NCBI GenBank assembly: GCA_013265495.1
Contig: MU058557.1
Coordinates: forward strand, 248,001 to 312,000
Length of the DNA stretch: 64,000 bases
DNA from: Vicugna vicugna
Taxonomy: Eukaryota
Reading direction: 5' to 3'
Both the position numbers and the translations under genes were made by a program. The notes below the pieces were generated by a model. That model was not told the DNA's origin. It ran no database searches and saw nothing but the letters and a program-made list of their open reading frames with translations. Numbering within the stretch: position 1 is the first letter of the stretch; the number at the start of each line of letters is the position of its first letter. This document shows positions 58,440 through 64,000 of the stretch, one piece after another.

Positions 58440-58760
58440 GAGGGCGGGGCCAGGCCAGGGGGCGGAGCCTACCAGAGGGGCAGGGCCTGGGGGCGGGGTA
58501 GGGCCTGAGAGCTCCCCGATTGGTCCCCGAGCGGCCGGCGGAGCGCCAGCTCCCCATTGGTCCCCAGCCTGGGGGGCGGGGCTGAAGCTCCGCCGCGTTC
58601 CTGCAGCTTGCCGAGCCAGTGGGGCAGTCTTATCAGCGCGGGCAGCTGGTGGCTTGTCCGTGCGCTAGCGCCCCGGCCCAATTCAATGGCCATTGTCCGC
58701 CGGCCCCTTTGTTCAGGAGGCGGCCACTTCCTGCGGGGCTGGGCTGGGGCGGGCGGGCAG
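58440..58760. promoter_or_regulatory. Orphan promoter/enhancer-like motif cluster
   Basis: Four GC boxes, two ATTGG (CCAAT) boxes in duplicated context, a GATA-7nt-E-box, SOX-like sites and an ETS site (CACTTCCTG); locally raised CpG; no coding exon recognised nearby. Confidence 0.55.
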
Positions 58761-59775
58761 GAAACGTTCCGAGCCGAGGCCCAGACACCGAGGCCGTCCC
58801 AGCCTGGGGTCAGAGGCGACGGCCACCTGCCCGAAGGTCACCCTGGGCTTGGGGCTGGGGGCTCCGAACCGAGTCAGGGGGCTGAGCTCAGCCCTTTCCT
58901 CTGGGTCTCGGTCTGCCCGTCTGCAGGGCAGGTGGATAAGCCAGAATGTCCTCTCCTAGGGGAGCTTTGCTGGGGGCCGGGCCCATGAGATCAGATCCTG
59001 CAGAGCCGGGGGTGGGACGGGGGAGGGAGGAGGAAGACCGTCTGGCGGAGCCGTGCCCCTCCCAGGTCTCTCTCCTCTGATGCCTGGCAGGGGTGACAAG
59101 CTCCAAGAGGTTAAGAGCAGCTTCACACAGGACTCATGTTCCGGGCGGGGGTGGGGGGGGACCCAACCCACTGCTTCGCAACAGGAGGGGGAGGAGGAGA
59201 CCCCAGGCTGGGATGAGGCCTGGGAGGGGAGTGAGGGAAGCAGCCCCAGGTGCTTCCCCACCTGGGCCAGGCCTCCTGTTCCTCCTTCACCTGGGCTCTG
59301 CCATGCAGTCCTGCTCACCATGGACAGACCATCTCCTTGAGGCCCACACCAGGGGCCTTCTTGTCCCTCACCCCTCTGCTCCACGGCTGCCCACTTACCA
59401 GGCCCCGCAGCACTCTGGCTGGGCCTCAGTCACATGCTCACCTACAGCTGACAGTGAGGTCTCTGTGGGAGTGGGTGGGAGATGCGAGGCAGCCCGGGAA
59501 CCACAGCTCGCCAGTCCTCACTGAGCCAGCCAAGGCATGAACAGTCCCACCCCCCGCCCCCTCTCCCACCGCACAGTAGGGGCTGCTCTTGCCCAGCCCC
59601 CAGCCCGCCCTCTCCCCTGTGCCCTGGACCCTCTTGCAGTTCTTTCCTCTGAACCAACCCCCAACCCATGACCCCCTTGTAAAGCCCTCCCGGGCTCAAT
59701 CCAACTCAACCAGAAAAAAACACCGCAGGTATTTCAAATGGTGGGATTTAATGTGAGGAGTCTGTCTGGGAGGTC

Positions 59776-59982
59776 TTTTTTGATTTTGTTTTTGGTGGAG
59801 GGGAGGTAATTCGGTTTCTTTATGCATTTTTAAATTAAATATATATATAATAAGAATAGATATATTCTTATGTATTTTTAAATTAACTTTTTATCTTACT
59901 TTTTAGTGGCGGTACTGGGGATTGAACCCAGGACCTTGTACATGCTAAGCATACACTCTACCACTGAGCTATACCCGCCCCC
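59776..59982 (-). mobile_element. Camelid Vic-1-like SINE with intact A and B boxes
   Basis: Minus strand reads gggtaTAGCTCAGTGGtagag...ggtcctgGGTTCAATCCccagtac; target-site duplication aggtctt (59771-59777, 59989-59995). Confidence 0.9.
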
Positions 59983-62900
59983 TCATCCAGGTCTTAGGAG
60001 AGCTGGAGGCTGCCATCTGAGTCCAGAGGAGCCCAGGGGAGAGTTGTCACTCAAACCCCACCATGGCTATGTCCCCACAGGGCTGGACCCCTCTGAGCTC
60101 AGTTATAGCCGGGGGTTCTGTGCAGAGGTTTCAGACAGAGGACACCATCCACGCAGCCAGAACATCCCATGTAAGTGCTTTTCAAAGGGCCTACACACCC
60201 ACGAGGGAAATGGGGGAGCCGTGCCACCCTGGAGGCTTGGTCCAAGGAGCTGAGGGTCACAAGGTCCAAGAGAGGCAGTGGTGGCTTGAACTTGACCCCA
60301 TTTGAGAGGCCAAGTGGGCAGCTGTGAAGAATCAAGGGGAGAGCCGGAGGATTGGGCGGCTCAGACCACATGCAGGGTGCCTGCCCTTGGGGAAAGCAGA
60401 GGGGAGGGGCCCCAGGCTGCCGTTTGGCTGCAGGAAGGGGCCCCTGTACCCCTGCCATGCTCCGTCTGTCCCTCTCCAGTGGGCAGCAGCGGGGCTACTG
60501 TCAACGGGCATCTGCAGGAGGACATGCTAGCGAAGCCTCATCTCGGCCACATGGGCCAGCCCCCCTGGTGTCAGGAACGCCCGCAGAGAAGGGCTGTGAG
60601 TCCCCAAAGCAGGGCGGTAGGTCCCCCCACTCTATGCTGTGGGCCCTGAAGGGGAAGACAGGTGTGAGCCAGGTGAGGCCCCAGAGATCCTGAAGAGGTA
60701 TCTGGCCATGGTGGGGTTTCGGGGTGGGGGAAGCAGGAGCCTCAGAAGGCAGGAGGGGGCCAGTCAGGGCCTTGCCCGGGGAAGGCCATGGGGCAGTGGG
60801 CTGGGGGTGGTGGCCGGGCTGCTCGAGCACGTCCCTGCGCCCCGGGTACCATAGAAAAATTGAAATAGAGGTGGGGAGACAGCTGATGGGCTGAGAGCCC
60901 TGGAGATGCATCAGAGCTGGGATGTGCAGGGAAGTGGGGACGGGCCGGCAGCCTGTCCTCGAAGGTAGCAGTGGGTTGAGGGCAGCACCCTTAAGAGCCC
61001 CCGTCCAGGGCTGTGTCCCAGCCTCCTGCACCCTGCCCTGCCCCTCCCCCATGCCCCACAGCATGGGTGCAGGGTCAGATTCCTTCCCCCAGCCCAGGCC
61101 CTGCCCTCACACCTCTTCTCCAGAAGGGAAGGACCACCCAGGGAGGGACCCTCAGGATCCTGTTCCCCACCCTCTGAGCAGGTCAGACACCCCCTGGGTC
61201 TGACCACCTGGGCCATTCAGGGCTGGACCTTCCGGTGGGCACCAGGCACCTGCAGCCTCAGTCCCTGTGCTGTGGCCCTCATCAGCCATAACCACTCAGC
61301 CTCCCCATATCAGGGGATGTTCCCTAGGCCACCCTCCCCTTCTCGTCCAGAATGTGGAAGGAGGCCCAGGGGTTGCTGCCCCTCCCTGGAGCCTACTCCG
61401 TCCCCCCAGTAGCCGTGGCCTGCCCTCACCATAGCCCCTTGGTGCTCAAGCCCACAGGCACCCCATCCCTGGACAGAGGCTTGTGGACCACTCTGCCCCT
61501 ATACTCTCTGTCCCCCAAGAAGCTCTCATGTCCTCCTGGCTGGCTCCTCCTCAGCTATTAGCACTGTCCCCGGGGCCCCCTCCTCCAGGAAGCCCCCCAC
61601 TCCCTCTCCTAGTGCTGCTGCCGCCCGAATAGCTCGGGAGTCTCTGCAGATATTCAAGCTGCTGGGGTTGGCGCCTAAGCCAGGGAGGAGGACAGGGGCT
61701 TGGAGGACGGCTGGCAGACCCTCACCTGGCCCGGGGCCCGGTGGTGCAGGACCCTCGGGGCACCCAGCCCTGGCAGACTTGGCCAGGAGCTCCTCTTTGT
61801 GGGCGGTCGCTGTGTGAATCACCCCTCAGGCACAGGCACAAATGCAGGAAACCGCCATTCTGTTAAACTCTATTTTCCCCGGCAGAGGGGAAAGTCCGTC
61901 ACACGAAGACCATTGTCCCCGGGCTCCTGCTTTCCGGGTGGGCTCCGCGGAGATGGGCTTGCGGGCTGCTGGGGCTCCTGGCTGAGCAGTTTCCCTTCGA
62001 GACCCAGGGGCGCCTACTGGGGGGGACTGTGGGGCCCGGTCCAGCCACCAGCCCAGGGCGACACCAGCATGGCCAGGAGGCGGTGCACGCCCCAGGAGCC
62101 CGAGCTGCGCTGGGGCCGAGTGAGGTCAGAGCTCAGGTCCAGCACCCCACCCCCACATGCTCCACCTGCCCTCAGGCGTCCAGCCCAGGCCCGCCCCAGG
62201 TTTCCCCCCATCCCTGGGAGGAAGCCCCCAACCCCACCCTCCACCCACTGCAGCCAGGGGACTCTGCCCGTGGGCTTGCTGCTCTCCTGGGGCCCTGCTG
62301 CAGTTGGGGGACTATGTCCAGACTGTGCCCTGCCCCCAGGGGAGGTGGACGGGCAGGCAGCCCTCACAATCTGTCCCACTCTTGCCCCGGGGCCTAACGT
62401 CGAGTTCCACCTGGCGCGTGGGTTACCACGTGGAAACGGGGCAATGGTGGTGCCTGAGCCGTAGCTCAGCCAGACATGGGGAAAGATGGGTGACCGAGGG
62501 GCCACCATGGGCACCCAGAGCGGTGCTGGTTAAGGGTTGTGGACAACAGGCACCCCCTCCCCACATCCTGGGGGACCCCCGTGAGGAGTCTGGGCAGCTA
62601 GTGGTGCAGGGGTGGGGCCACCCCAGTACTGGCCCCAGATTTGAGTTGGGGCTGGTGGAGGTTGGGCAGGGGCTGAGGCTGGGTGGAGGGGGGCTGGACT
62701 GGGGACTTAGTATGGGTGGAGGTGAGTGAGGCTGGACTGTGGGTCCAGGCGCCAGTGGACTCCAGGGAGGGTAGGAAGAGGGCCCCGCCCCTGGCCTGAG
62801 CACGTCTCTCCCAACCCAGCAAGCTCCAAGGGGCAGCCTGGGCGTTCAGGCCAAGGAGAAGAAAGAAGCCGCATGGCCCAGCTATTCTGGGAGGGGCTCC

Positions 62901-63269
62901 AAGGATAAGCTCAAAGGGCAAAGGCTCAGGAAGGCAAAGGCAGGAGCCAGGGTCTATTCAGAGAAGGGGTCGGGGGGAGGTTGGGAGGGACAGAGAGCCC
63001 CCACTGTGGTCACAGTGGAGATGGACAGAGCTCACCACCAGCACCCTGATCGCGTTTCCCCGAAGGAGAACAAAATGGCGGAGGCGACTGTCACAGACAC
63101 AAAGTCTGAGGATCTGCCTGCATGACAGACGGGGGGCTCGGCGGAGTGTCCTCATCCCCACGCACCCCTGCCACCTGCCCACCCACTCGCTGGCCCTGCA
63201 TGCCTGCCCGGGTCACGTGGACCCTCGCCCTCCGTCCTTCTTGCCCCTCACACACCTCCTTCAACCTGG

Positions 63270-63700
63270 CTGCTCTGAGCAAATCCTAGATGTCACTGCA
63301 CACTTCAGCCTGTATCTCTGAGGCGTGGTTTCCCAGAGCGTAACTGTGACGCGCACGAATCCAGGCAGCGTTCTCGTCCCTGGACAAGGCGAGGGAACCC
63401 TTCTGCACTGCTGGTCTGATGACCCACACGAGGCCCACGCCTTGTGACTGGCTGGCGCGTCTCTTGGATCTCTTTATCCTCAGTTTCTCCCTCCCGGTGG
63501 TCTTGAGTTTGCCCCCAACCACATATCTGTTCTAGACCAAAAATGGGGTGTGGGTGTGCTTGGTGTGGGGTGAGCCCGCATCAGTGGCTCTTCTGCCAAG
63601 AGGAGCATGCTGTCTGGTCGTCTTTTTTGTCTGTTGTGTTTTTGTGTGTGAGGTTAAATATAGCTAACATAAAACAGACTATTTTAACCATTTTAAATTA
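63270..63700 (-). mobile_element. L1ME/MD-like 3' end, GC-drifted
   Basis: gcaaatcctagatgtc...cttcagcctgtatctct...gtctcttggatctcttt; aacataaaacagactattttaaccattttaaa. Confidence 0.5.
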
Positions 63701-64000
63701 GGAGAAAGAACATTTCTGAGATGAACAGCAGATCAAAAACATGTAACACATGTGCAACTAGAAACACAGCCTCAGAAGACAGAAAGCAATGATGACAACT
63801 GACCCTGCAGCGGTGCTTGGAGATGGACACACGCCAGCCCCTCTCTCGGACACCGGCAGCTCCAGCATCCACAAGCAAAGACATGTACAATTTGGACAAC
63901 ACAAGAAATAGAAAAAGGCACTCTTTTTTTTTTTTTTTTAGTACAAATGGGACACTCTCCAAATCAATGTGTATGAGGTCCCCAAAGAGGCCTCAGGAAG
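63700..64000 (+). mobile_element. Old L1 ORF2 endonuclease-region fragment
   Basis: A-rich; acagcctcagaagacagaaagcaa...gttggaga-like...ctctctc...aaagacatgtacaatttggacaacac. Confidence 0.5.

Noticed and set aside
58470-58484. CTCF-like ctaccagaggggcag in the orphan cluster
   Set aside because: An extra G breaks the core GGC register
49000-64000. Exons of NUDT14 or JAG2 downstream of BRF1
   Set aside because: No matching peptide recognised in any frame; they probably lie beyond the window

Overview
GC-rich mammalian genomic DNA, probably from a camelid, judged from three Vic-1-like tRNA-derived SINEs and an artiodactyl-type L1 3' end. The window holds the complete BRF1 gene (RNA polymerase III initiation factor TFIIIB 90 kDa subunit) on the + strand: 18 coding exons from 3655 to 48802, a 2037-nt CDS and 678 aa. 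Every exon is bounded by GT..AG and the phases join up. BTBD6 (BTB-BACK-PHR protein, 4 coding exons, 33573-31565) is nested antisense in BRF1 intron 5, has its own CpG island, and has a 132-N assembly gap in its last exon. BRF1 intron 3 is a U12-type (minor spliceosome) intron. The rest is intronic or intergenic DNA with many old, GC-drifted L1 fragments (mostly antisense to BRF1), several LTRs, SINEs and short tandem repeats. The most interesting unexplained elements are an orphan promoter/enhancer-like motif cluster at about 58.4-58.8 kb, a possible internal BRF1 promoter shared with BTBD6, and a rare GAG acceptor with in-frame tandem alternatives at exon 15. Nearly all other ORFs in the track are artefacts of high GC content. 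Comparisons with human sequences are from memory and need checking, and repeat boundaries are approximate.
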